From: Macrostomum lignano
Lineage: Eukaryota
Assembly: GCA_002269645.1 (NCBI GenBank)
Contig: NIVC01000884.1
Coordinates: 62,001 to 126,000, forward strand
Length of the DNA: 64,000 bases
Direction of reading: 5' to 3'
Positions 45,253 to 58,360 of the stretch are shown in pieces. The notes under the pieces are model-generated. The model did no database searches, was not told the DNA's origin, and worked only from the letters and a program-made list of their open reading frames with translations. Made by a program: the position numbers and the translations under genes. Numbering within the stretch: the stretch's first letter is position 1; every line of letters begins with the position of its first letter.

Positions 45253-46021
45253 AATGGCTAGAGTTCCAGCACCCAGGCACCAGAATGGAACCCATTTTCT
45301 AATGGCTATGGATCTGGCAGTGGTATTCCAGTAGTGCAATTTATAGGTAGGCCTATAGTATAGCAAAAACATTTTACTTTTTACAGGTGGTTGATATTGA
45401 GATTTTGTTTAAGATAAGATCAAAATGAAATGATAGATTCAAAACAAGAATATACTTCTAACCATACATGCGCAACCCCCCTGATTTACACTGGCATACA
45501 TGCGCAACTTTGGGATTCACCCAGCCGTTTCTATTGGCAACACACGCATGTAAGTCGCTATTGGACAGAACAGTAGTCACGTGACTGCTCTCAGCCAATA
45601 GCGACTTACATGCGTGTGTTGCCAATAGAAACTTCCGAGTGAATCCTAAGGTTGCGCCTAAGCATGTACACTGGCTGGCTATGCGACTTATTTTTTGACC
45701 AAAAATGTGACTTGTAAAAGAAACCCTAATGCAATTTTGGGTAAATGGCAAGAGTAACTATGACTGTCTTATAAGGGCTAAATGCCTCATCATCTAATTA
45801 TTACTATGTCCATATTCTCTAGGCTGGGCATTTTTGCGACTTACCCCTGGTCTACCACAATTTACGGTGGCCAGATTGGCCAGGTCCGCTAGCAGTTGCA
45901 CATGTATACTTCTAACATACTAATGTTCAAAAATTTCATTATTAGTAGATCATTGCCTGCAGAAGAGTGCCAGATCCATAGCCATTAGAAAATGGGTTCC
46001 GGTGCCCGAACTCTAGCCATT
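45253..46021. mobile_element. MITE-like element with ~70-bp imperfect TIRs and a central ~155-bp palindrome
   Basis: 45287-45319 is the exact reverse complement of 45968-46000, and 45253-45266 of 46008-46021. There is an internal hairpin at 45502-45658. No TSD was identified. Confidence 0.55.
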
Positions 46022-46701
46022 ATCCCATAAAATCAATTTTATGCTAGAAAAACAAATTTACTTGTAATATATATGCCATAATAAAAAAGGCGGCAAATAT
46101 GCTAGAAGTTTCTGGCATATATACGGTATGCCAGATTTTTTCAATGGCATGTTTAAAGCAATCATAAAAATATGGCACAATTGGCATGCTTAAGGCAATG
46201 GTAAAATATGGTACAATCTATAGTCTCAAGTATGCACTGTGCATGCAAGAATTTTTGTTGCTTTGTGCATTGCATTTGGAGGGTTAGCTTAAATTCACTA
46301 AGTGTATACCCAGGGGGGGGGGCTAGGCTCTGGAACTCAGCTATAGAGGCTCTGAGTCAAATTCTACGAAACAATATCTAATGAAGTATTCAAATTTTTA
46401 ATGAGACAGCAGATAAACAATACTTATAAAAATGCTTGTATATTGTAGTGACTTGAATAGTCCTATCAAGATTAGATTTTTGTTTTCAAGTGAGATCAAG
46501 CAAGAATTTAAAAAAATTAAGATTAAAAATAAGTCAATTGAGAATTGGTGATCCAGCTGCAATTGTGAATTTGTATAGGAAGAATAATACTTATGATAAG
46601 TTATATATAAATTTTAGCCTATATTGGGGTTATCTGTATTTTAATACTAAAACACAATTTTCTGTGTGAAAAAATACAGATAAAACTTGTGTTTAACAGT
46701 A

Positions 46702-48696
46702 GAACTACCAAGGGGGGGGAAATTCCCCCCCCCCCTGACAATTTTTTTTGCTGCGACGGAACGGAGCAACGCACACACAAAATTCAAGAACACGGGCTAA
46801 CTTTTTGTTGCGCACCTTCTCAAACAAGAATCAAGTCGCCAGCCCTCCGGACCGTTGAGATATTCGACGATTCTGCCAGAAGGTCGGATTTTTCCCAGAA
46901 GCGCTAGTGTATTCAGTACACCCCTGTGCGCCAATTAGCACTGCGCCTCAGTGCAGCCTTGCCAAGTCTCCAAATTTCATCAGCACGTCGACCACATGTG
47001 TCTGCATCAGCTCTGACTTCGTTGGTCACTAGCCTTCACCCAGGCAGAGCTTCTGGACCTTCAACAGGTGGCACCAAGTGACTATGGACACTCTGATACA
47101 AATTTCTCGAGTTTCGCTGATCAAGCCTCGACAGTGGGCATACCTCAACTGCTAGGTATCCTCAGCTAGTCTCTCGAGCCTTCCATCATCACCCCGACGC
47201 CATCGGCACCTTCAACGGATTACACCAGGTGACTATGAACACCCTGATGCAAATTTCTCTATTTTCGCTGATCAAGCCTTGCCAATGGGCAAGAATCAAC
47301 CGCCAGACATTCTCAGCTAGTCTCTCAAGCATTCCGTCATCATCCCGACGCCGTCGGCTCCTTCAACAGATGACACCAAGTGACTATGGAAACCCTGATG
47401 CGAATTTCTCTAGTTTCGCCGATCAAGCCTCGACAGTAGGCAAGCCTCAACTGCCGGACACCTTCAGCTAGTCTCCTAAGCATTTAGCCATCACCCCGAC
47501 GCCGTCGGCACCTTCAACAGGTGGTACCAGGGGAGTAAGGACACCTGAGCGTGATTTTTCATCATGCTCTTAACATTTCTGAATCATTAAAAAATGAAAA
47601 AACCGATTGAATTTACTGGCTTCTTAAAAGCATAACCCTTTCTGCATAAAAATTGGGTTCAATATTATAGTTGAATAAACTAAACAGCTTTTTAAATAAA
47701 ATATGTATGTAGCTCATATGCATAAAGGTATGTGTAATAATAATATAATATACAGCAACATGAGTTCAAGCTTAACTATAGCAATGTCCGTGCTTTAAAA
47801 ATTTTGAGAGCTTCAGAAATGTTAAGAGCATGATGAAAAATCAGGCTCAGGTGTCCTTACTCCCCTGGTACCATCTGTTGAAGGTGCCGACGGCGTCGGG
47901 GTGATGGCTAAATGCTTAGGAGACTAGCTGAAGGTGTCCGGCAGTTGAGGCTTGCCTACTGTCGAGGCTTGATTGGCGAAACTAGAGAAATTCGCATCAG
48001 GGTTTCCATAGTCACTTGGTGTCATCTGTTGAAGGAGCCGACGGCGTCGGGATGATGACGGAATGCTTGAGAGACTAGCTGAGAATGTCTGGCGGTTGAT
48101 TCTTGCCCATTGGCAAGGCTTGATCAGCGAAAATAGAGAAATTTGCATCAGGGTGTTCATAGTCACCTGGTGTAATCCGTTGAAGGTGCCGACGGCGTCG
48201 GGGTGATGATGGAAGGCTCGAGAGACTAGCTGAGGATACCTAGCAGTTGAGGTATGCCCACTGTCGAGGCTTGATCAGCGAAACTCGAGAAATTCGTATC
48301 AGAGTGTCCATAGTCACTTGGTGCCACCTGTTGAAGGTCCAGAACCTCCGCCTGGGTGAAGGCTAGTGACCAACGAAGTCAGAGCTGATGCAGACACATG
48401 TGGTCGACGTGCTGATGAAATTTGGAGACTTGGCAAGGCTGCACTGAGGCGCAGTGCTAATTGGTGCACAGGGGTGTACTGAATACACTAGCGCTTCTGG
48501 GAAAAATCCGACCTTCTGGCAGAATCGTCGAATATCTCAACGGTCCGGAGGGCTGGCGACTTGATTCTTGTTTGAGAAGGTGCGCAACAAAAAGTTAACC
48601 CGTGTTCTTGAATTTTGTGTGTCTGCGTTGCTCCGTTCCGGCGCAGCAAAAAAAATTGTCAGGGGGGGGGAAATTTCCCCCCCCCCTTGGTAGTTC
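46702..48696. mobile_element. Foldback-like element: ~880-bp near-perfect inverted arms around a 228-bp AT-rich spacer
   Basis: 46702-47583 is the reverse complement of 47812-48696 with few mismatches. Each arm carries three diverged 151-bp tandem subunits and a terminal G-run/AATT/C-run mini-palindrome. Confidence 0.8.
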
Positions 48697-50110
48697 GACG
48701 GGCGGAAAAATGGCTTGGTATTCCTACTGTTAAATCTGTTTCATAGAAGTAAAATATTAATATATTTTAATTTTTAAAAAGCTGTAAATATACCAACAAA
48801 CAAAACAAAAAAGTGCTAATTATGCATTAGACAATGCATTAATTGTTTCTTTTATTTGGCACTTCATAATATTTTAACACTTTCTATATTGAATTCAATC
48901 TTGCTTGACTGTTCTCAAATTCTAAGCCCATTCTCAAAATTTTAAGAATTTCTCAAAATGACCTAAAAAGGCCAAGTCTTGAAATTTCAATATTGAGATC
49001 TTGGTCGGACTCTAGACCTAAATAATAATATATTGCCTTCTAATAATCAAAACATAGTATAATTTGTTGTTATTGTTGAATAATTATTTTTAAAAAGTAT
49101 CAGTGTTTTTAAAAGCCTAAAAATTTAGGGGTCAAAACATTAGGCCTATAGTATATTTGACATGCATAGTAAAAAGGGTCATTAAAATTTTGGCATGCTT
49201 AGCATACATGAAACAGTTGACTAAAAATGTTGGCATGCTTGGTGTGAATTGGTAGCTTTGTTCATCTTTGATTCTGGTATGCCTTCTTGAGCATTGTATA
49301 TATGCTGGACATTATCAAAAGTGTTACAACAATACATGACCTTTTTGCATTGCAACAATACAAGAATCTTTTGTGCATTACAAAATTTTGGTCTTTTTGT
49401 ACACCAACAGCTATGTCATATGGTGGCTCTGTGACACAATTTTCTGGTAGATTGTTCCATACACTAAATACTTTATAACAACTATTTTTCAGTTCTATTG
49501 TACACAGGAATTTTCTAATGTATTAGGGGAGTGTAAGATTAAGGAGTGGGAGAGGCCTATGCTAAAATTTTCCCTTGAATACTAGAAAAATCTAATCTAG
49601 ATGATTCAAACTATGGTAAAAAGTGGTTATTGGGAAGTTAGTTAGTTTAGTAGACAAATAAAATGCTAGAATATTAAGAGCTACAAAAAACTTATCAAAA
49701 AACAAGTTAATTTGCTTTTTAATATAATTGTGTTATATTATTTTTCTATATAATATTGATATAGTTTTCTATATTCTATAATTCTATAATTCTATATTAT
49801 ATATTATTATAAGTTTTAGTAGGTATTTGATTAGTAAGTCTAGCAAGTTCTATTAGTGAACATGATCCTATAGTAACATTCTAAATTTACTTGTGATATA
49901 AATAATTTAAATGAAACTCTAGACTTAAGTCTTGTACTATTATAGGCTATTGCTTGTATATATTTTGCTAATGAATCTTTGAATTACAAAATTATTTTGT
50001 TCATGAAATCTTGTTTCGAGTTATTATTGATATTAGATCAGCCTAAACAAATTTGAGTTTATCAATCAAAGAAACAAAGTCTACCTCACCTATACAAATC
50101 CTGCAACATC

Positions 50111-53003
50111 ATGAGTCTTGCCAGCCGACTTGAAAATGCTCGCCAGCAGCTCAGCGCAGCTTCACAATTGCACTTGCTGAACTTCTATGATTCTCTGACA
50201 GAATCTGAGCAGGCTAAACTGCTCAAGCATATTGAACGGGTGGATTGGCCAGCACTGCCTGCCATTGTCAAGGATGCCTTGGCTCAGCGATCTGAGGCGA
50301 AAAATTCCAACACTGAACTGGAAGCTGACGATTTTCGGTTGGTCATTTTTTGTTGTCATCCCTGAAGCAGATTTAATAATGTACCTGCCTTCTCAGAGTC
50401 GTTTCACAGTCGCAGAAAATAAAACATGTTTAAGTTGATTCTTAGGCGACTTTTTTACTACTGTTTGGCGACTTGTACCGTGACATCTCGTTTTAGAGTC
50501 GTCTAGAGTCACTTGACTCACTTCCCACCTAGTTTACCTGTATTACCTGCAACGACTCTGAAACGACTTTAGGGCGACGCAAGTGGACGCCTCTTGGCCT
50601 TGGTACCATTTTCATCGGGAATTCCTGAAGCAGATCCAACCTAGCTGCCATTCCTGGGAATCTGTCATGATCTATCTGCCGTCCCTGAGAATCTGTCATG
50701 ATCCATCTGCCGTCCCTGATAATCTGTCATGATCTATCTGCCATCCTTTAGAATCTGTCATGATCTATCTGCCGTCCCTGATAATCTGTCATGATCTATC
50801 TGCCATCCTTTAGAATCTGTCATGATCTATCTGCCGTCCCTGATAATCTGTCATGATCTATCTGCCATCCTTTAGAATCTGTCATGATCTATCTGCCGTC
50901 CCTGATAATCTGTCATGATCTATCTGCCATCCTTTAGAATCTGTCATGATCTATCTGTCATCCTTTAGAATCTGTCATGATCTATCTGCCATCCTTTAGA
51001 ATCTGTCATGATCTATCTGCCATCCTTTAGAATCTGTCATGATCTATCTGCCATCCCTTAGAATCTATCATGATCTGTCTGCCATCCTTAAGAATCTGTC
51101 ATGATCTATTTGCCATCCCTTAGAATCTGTCATGATCTGTCTGCCATCCCTTAGAATCTATCATGATCTGTCTGCCATCCTTAAGAATCTGTCATGATCT
51201 ATCTGCCATCCCTTAGAATCTATCATGATCTGTCTGCCATCCTTAAGAATCTGTCATGATCTATTTGCCATCCCTTAGAATCTGTCATGATCTATCTGCC
51301 ATCCTTTAGAATCTGTCATGATCTATCTGCCATCCTTTAGAATCTGTCATGATCTATCTGCCATCCTTAAGAATCTGTCATGATCTATCTGCCGTCCCTG
51401 ATAATCTGTCATCATCTATCTGCCATCCTTTAGAATCTATCATGATCTATCTGCCATCCTTAAGAATCTGTCATGATCTATCTGCCATCCTTTAGAATCT
51501 ATCATGATCTATCTGCCATCCTTTAGAATCTGTCATGATCTATCTGCCGTCCCTGATAATCTGTCATGATCTATCTGCCATCCTTTAGAATCTGTCATGA
51601 TCTATCTGCCATCCTTTAGAATCTGTTATGATCTATCTGCCATCCTTTAGAATCTGTCATGATCTATCTGCCGTCCCTGATAATCTGTCATGATCTATCT
51701 GCCGTCCCTTAGAATCCGTCATGAATATCTGCCATCCATTAGAATCTATCATGATCTATCTGCCATCCCCGAACCCCAAATCCTCACATTCACAGCCCGA
51801 TCCCACCGGACGCCTGCGGTGGCCGCTCCTATACCGCGCCGGAGGAGGTGGCCAGGCTTCGCGACATCGGCCTGGAGGCGGTCGCCGACGGTCGCGTTGG
51901 CGTCATCCTGCTGGCTGGCGGGCAGGCGACTCGGCTGGGCGTGCGCTATCCTAAGGGACTGTACGAGTGAGTCACTGACTGGGGTATGCTGGGAAGGATG
52001 GTTGGAGGACAGGTAGCCTGTTGTAATGAGTGACAGGTGGGATGGACAGGTATGGTAAGAGTGACAGACAGGTGGCAGGACAGGTATGGTAAGAGTGACA
52101 AACAGGTGGCAGGACAGGTATTGTAAGAGTGAGAGACTGGTGGGAGGACAGGTATGGTAAGAGTGACAGATAGGTGGCAGGACAGGTATGTTAAAAGTGA
52201 AAGACTGGTGGGAGGACAGGTGTGGTAAGAGTGACAGACTGGTGGGAGGGCAGGTATGGTAAAAGTGACAGATAGGTGGGAGGACAGGTATGGTAAGAGT
52301 GACAGACTGGTGGGAGGACAGGTGTGGTAAGAGTGACAGACTGGTGGGAGGACAGATGTGATATACGAAAAGAAGATTGTGTACTCTGATGTTCAGTAGT
52401 CTAGTTTATTTCATACATTTTTTAAATGAACATTTTCTATTCTCTCTACTGCTAGTAAAACTACTAGTTTATTTATCAGTCGCGATGAAGCACAACTCGC
52501 TCACCGGCTTGCAGAGTCGGCCTGCCATCTGGCAAGTCGCTGTTCCAACTGCACGCGGAGAAGGCCGTCCGGGTGCAGGCGATGGCCGAACAGCGGTTTC
52601 CAGGGCGAGCCGGTGGCGGCATCGTGTGGTACATCATGACCTCCGAGGCTACTCAGGCCGGCACCGTAAAATTCTTTGAACAGCATAATTATTTCGGTCT
52701 CCGACGGGAGAATGTCGTGTTCTTCAAGCAGTTCACCTTTCCCTGCGTTGGGCTGGACGGCAGGGTGCTGCTGACTGACAGGCACCGCATCCAGAGCAGC
52801 CCGGACGGCAACGGCGGCCTCTACAGGGCGTTTCGGTGAGGGCCTGGGCTGTCTGTCTGCCTGCCTGTCTGTGTTTGTCTGTCTGCCTGCCTGCCTGTCT
52901 GTCTGTCTGCCTGCCTGCCTGCCTGTCTGTCTGTCTGTCTGTCTGTGTCTGCCTGTCTGTCTGTCTGTCTGTCTGCCTGTCTGTCTGTCTGTCTGTCTGC
53001 CTG

Positions 53004-53042
<39 letters not shown>

Positions 53043-53067
53043 GTCTGTTTGTCTGTCTGTCTGTCTG

Positions 53068-53100
<33 letters not shown>

Positions 53101-53103
53101 TAG

Positions 53104-53164
<61 letters not shown>

Positions 53165-53166
53165 GC

Positions 53167-53210
<44 letters not shown>

Positions 53211-53313
53211 GTCTGTCTGTCTGCCTGCCTGTCTGTGTGTCTGTGTGTCTGTCTGTCTGTCTGTCTGCCTGCCTGCCTGCCTGTCTGCCTGTGTCTGTCT
53301 GTCTGTCTGCCTC

Positions 53314-53350
<37 letters not shown>

Positions 53351-53404
53351 GTCTGCCTGTCTGTCTGTCTGTCTATCTGTCTGTCTGTCTGTCTGTCTGT
53401 CTGC

Positions 53405-53435
<31 letters not shown>

Positions 53436-53623
53436 CCTGTGTCTGTCTGTCTGCCTGCCTGTCTGTGTGTCTGTGTGTCTGTCTGTCTGTCTGCCTGCCT
53501 GTCTGCCTGTCTGCCTGTGTCTGTCTGTCTGTCTGCCTCTCTGTCTGTCTGTCTGTCTGTCTGTCTGTGTCTGCCTGTCTGTCTGTCTGTCTATCTGTCT
53601 GTCTGTCTGTCTGTCTGTCTGCC

Positions 53624-53656
<33 letters not shown>

Positions 53657-53683
53657 GCCTGTGTCTGTCTGTCTGTCTGCCTC

Positions 53684-53720
<37 letters not shown>

Positions 53721-53819
53721 GTCTGTCTGTCTGCCTGCCTGTCTGTGTGTCTGTGTGTCTGTCTGTCTGTCTGCCTGCCTGTCTGCCTGTCTGCCTGTGT
53801 CTGTCTGTCTGTCTGCCTC

Positions 53820-53858
<39 letters not shown>

Positions 53859-53873
53859 GCCTGTCTGTCTGCC

Positions 53874-53908
<35 letters not shown>

Positions 53909-53997
53909 GTCTGTCTGTCTGCCTGCCTGTCTGTGTGTCTGTGTGTCTGTCTGTCTGCCTGTCTGTCTGTCTGTCTGTCTGTCTGTCTGCCTGTTTG

Positions 53998-54052
<55 letters not shown>

Positions 54053-54129
54053 GTCTGTCTATCTGTCTGCCTCTCTGTCTGTCTATCTGTCTGTCTGTCT
54101 GTCTGTCAGTCTGTCTGTCTGCCTGTCTG

Positions 54130-54162
<33 letters not shown>

Positions 54163-54215
54163 TAGTGTCTGTCTGTCTGTCTGTGTCTGTCTGTGTCTGT
54201 CTGTCTGTCTGCCTC

Positions 54216-54268
<53 letters not shown>

Positions 54269-54405
54269 GTCTGTCTGTCTGTCTGCCTGTCTGTCTGTGT
54301 CTGTGTGTCTGTCTGTCTGTCTGTCTGTCTGCCTGCCTGTCTGCCTGTGTCTGTCTGTCTGTCTGCCTCTCTGTCTGTCTGCCTGTCTGTCTGTCTGTCT
54401 GCCTC

Positions 54406-54488
<83 letters not shown>

Positions 54489-54555
54489 GTCTGTCTGTCT
54501 GCCTGTCTGTCTGTCTGTCTGTCTGTCTGCCTGTGTCTGTCTGTCTGTCTGCCTC

Positions 54556-54604
<49 letters not shown>

Positions 54605-54759
54605 GTCTGTCTGTCTGCCTGCCTGTCTGTGTGTCTGTGTGTCTGTCTGTCTGTCTGCCTGCCTGCCTGCCTGTCTGCCTGTGTCTGTCTGTCTGTCTGC
54701 CTCTCTGTCTGTCTGTCTGTCTGTCTGTCTGCCTGTCTGTCTGTCTGTCTGTCTGCCTG

Positions 54760-54818
<59 letters not shown>

Positions 54819-54923
54819 GTGTCTGTCTGTCTGTCTGTCTGTCTGCCTGTCTGTGTGTCTGTGTGTCTGTCTGTCTGCCTGCCTGCCTGCCTGTCTGCCT
54901 GTGTCTGTCTGTCTGTCTGCCTC

Positions 54924-54978
<55 letters not shown>

Positions 54979-54980
54979 GC

Positions 54981-55024
<44 letters not shown>

Positions 55025-55163
55025 GTCTGCCTGTCTGTCTGTGTGTCTGTCTGTCTGTCTGTCTGTGTCTGGCTGTCTGCCTGCCTGTCTGTGTGTCTGT
55101 CTGTCTGTCTATCTGTCTGTCTGTCTGTGTGTCTGTCTGTCTGTCTGTCTGTCTGCCTGTCTG

Positions 55164-55204
<41 letters not shown>

Positions 55205-55209
55205 GCCTC

Positions 55210-55260
<51 letters not shown>

Positions 55261-55265
55261 GCCTG

Positions 55266-55306
<41 letters not shown>

Positions 55307-55555
55307 GCCTGTCTGTCTGTCTGTGTGTCTGTCTGTCTGTCTGTCTGTCTGCCTGTCTGTGTGTCTGTGTGTCTGTCTGTCTGCCTGCCTGCCTGCCTGT
55401 CTGCCTGTGTCTGTCTGTCTGTCTGCCTCTCTGTCTGTCTGTCTGTCTGTCTGCCTGCCTGCCTGCCTGTCTGCCTGTGTCTGTCTGTCTGTCTGCCTCT
55501 CTGTCTGTCTGTCTGTCTGTCTGTCTGCCTGTCTGTCTGTCTGTCTGTCTGCCTG

Positions 55556-55596
<41 letters not shown>

Positions 55597-55719
55597 GCCT
55601 GTCTGTCTGTCTGTGTGTCTGTCTGTCTGTCTGTCTGTCTGCCTGTCTGTGTGTCTGTGTGTCTGTCTGTCTGCCTGCCTGCCTGCCTGTCTGCCTGTGT
55701 CTGTCTGTCTGTCTGCCTC

Positions 55720-55807
<88 letters not shown>

Positions 55808-55808
55808 C

Positions 55809-55840
<32 letters not shown>

Positions 55841-55875
55841 GTCTGTCTGTCTGCCTGCTTGTCTGTGTGTATGTG

Positions 55876-55920
<45 letters not shown>

Positions 55921-55922
55921 GC

Positions 55923-55970
<48 letters not shown>

Positions 55971-56093
55971 GTCTGCCTGTCTGTCTGTCTGTCTGTCTGC
56001 CTCTCTGTCTGTCTATCTGTCTGTCTGTCTGTCTGTCAGTCTGTCTGTCTGTCTGTCTGTCTGTCTGTGTCTGTCTGTCTGTCTGCCTGTCTG

Positions 56094-56126
<33 letters not shown>

Positions 56127-56335
56127 TAGTGTCTGTCTGTCTGTCTGTGTCTGTCTGTGTCTGTCTGTCTGTCTGCCTCTCTGTCTGTCTGTCTCTCTGT
56201 CTGTCTGTCTGTCTGTCTGTGTCTGTCTGTCTGCCTGCCTGTCTGTGTGTCTGTGTGTCTGTCTGTCTGTCTGCCTGCCTGCCTGCCTGTCTGCCTGTGT
56301 CTGTCTGTCTGTCTGCCTCTCTGTCTGTCTGCCTC

Positions 56336-56384
<49 letters not shown>

Positions 56385-56599
56385 GTCTGCCTGTCTGTCT
56401 GTCTGTCTATCTGTCTGTCTGTCTGCCTGTCTGTCTGTCTGTCTGTCTGTCTGCCTGTGTCTGTCTGTCTGTCTGCCTCTCTGTCTGTCTGTCTGTCTGT
56501 CTGTCTGTGTCTGTCTGTCTGCCTGCCTGTCTGTGTGTCTGTGTGTCTGTCTGTCTGTCTGCCTGCCTGTCTGCCTGTGTCTGTCTGTCTGTCTGCCTT

Positions 56600-56666
<67 letters not shown>

Positions 56667-56672
56667 GCCTGC

Positions 56673-56704
<32 letters not shown>

Positions 56705-56711
56705 GTCTGCC

Positions 56712-56758
<47 letters not shown>

Positions 56759-57039
56759 GTCTGGCTGTCTGCCTGCCTGTCTGTGTGTCTGTCTGTCTGT
56801 CTGCCTGTCTGTCTGTCTGTGTGTCTGTCTGTCTGTCTGTCTGCCTGTCTGTGTGTCTGTGTGTCTGTCTGTCTGTCTGCCTGCCTGCCTGCCTGTCTGC
56901 CTGTGTCTGTCTGTCTGTGTCTGTCTGTCTGTCTGTCTGTCTGTGTCTGCCTGTCTGTCTGTCTGTCTATCTGTCTGTCTGCCTGTCTGTCTGTCTGTCT
57001 GTCTGTCTGTCTGCCTGTGTCTGTCTGTCTGTCTGCCTC

Positions 57040-57084
<45 letters not shown>

Positions 57085-57183
57085 GTCTGTCTGTCTGCCT
57101 GCCTGTCTGTGTGTCTGTCTGTCTGTCTGTCTGTCTGCCTGCCTGCCTGCCTGTCTGCCTGTGTCTGTCTGTCTGTCTGCCTC

Positions 57184-57246
<63 letters not shown>

Positions 57247-57248
57247 GC

Positions 57249-57280
<32 letters not shown>

Positions 57281-57287
57281 GTCTGCC

Positions 57288-57326
<39 letters not shown>

Positions 57327-57503
57327 GTCTGGCTGTCTGCCTGCCTGTCTGTGTGTCTGTCTGTCTGTCTGCCTGTCTGTCTGTCTGTGTGTCTGTCTGT
57401 CTGTCTGTCTGTCTGCCTGTCTGTGTGTCTGTGTGTCTGTCTGTCTGTCTGCCTGCCTGCCTGCCTGTCTGCCTGTGTCTGTCTGTCTGTCTGCCTCTCT
57501 GAC

Positions 57504-57556
<53 letters not shown>

Positions 57557-57558
57557 GC

Positions 57559-57606
<48 letters not shown>

Positions 57607-57613
57607 GTCTGCC

Positions 57614-57652
<39 letters not shown>

Positions 57653-57749
57653 GTCTGGCTGTCTGCCTGCCTGTCTGTGTGTCTGTCTGTCTGTCTGCCT
57701 GTCTGTCTGTCTGTGTGTCTGTCTGTCTGTCCTTCTGTCTGCCTGTCTG

Positions 57750-57804
<55 letters not shown>

Positions 57805-57808
57805 GTCC

Positions 57809-57850
<42 letters not shown>

Positions 57851-57883
57851 GTCTGTCTGTCTGTCTGCCTCTCTGTCTGTCTA

Positions 57884-57965
<82 letters not shown>

Positions 57966-57994
57966 CCTGTCTGTCTGTTTGTCTGTCTGCCTGC

Positions 57995-58026
<32 letters not shown>

Positions 58027-58087
58027 GTCTGTCTGTCTGCCTGCTTGTCTGTGTGTATGTGTGTCTGTCTGTCTGTCTGTCTGTCTT

Positions 58088-58118
<31 letters not shown>

Positions 58119-58120
58119 GC

Positions 58121-58172
<52 letters not shown>

Positions 58173-58179
58173 GTCTGCC

Positions 58180-58226
<47 letters not shown>

Positions 58227-58319
58227 GTCTGGCTGTCTGCCTGCCTGTCTGTGTGTCTGTCTGTCTGTCTGCCTGTCTGTCTGTCTGTGTGTCTGTCTGT
58301 CTTTCTGTCTGCCTGTCTG

Positions 58320-58360
<41 letters not shown>

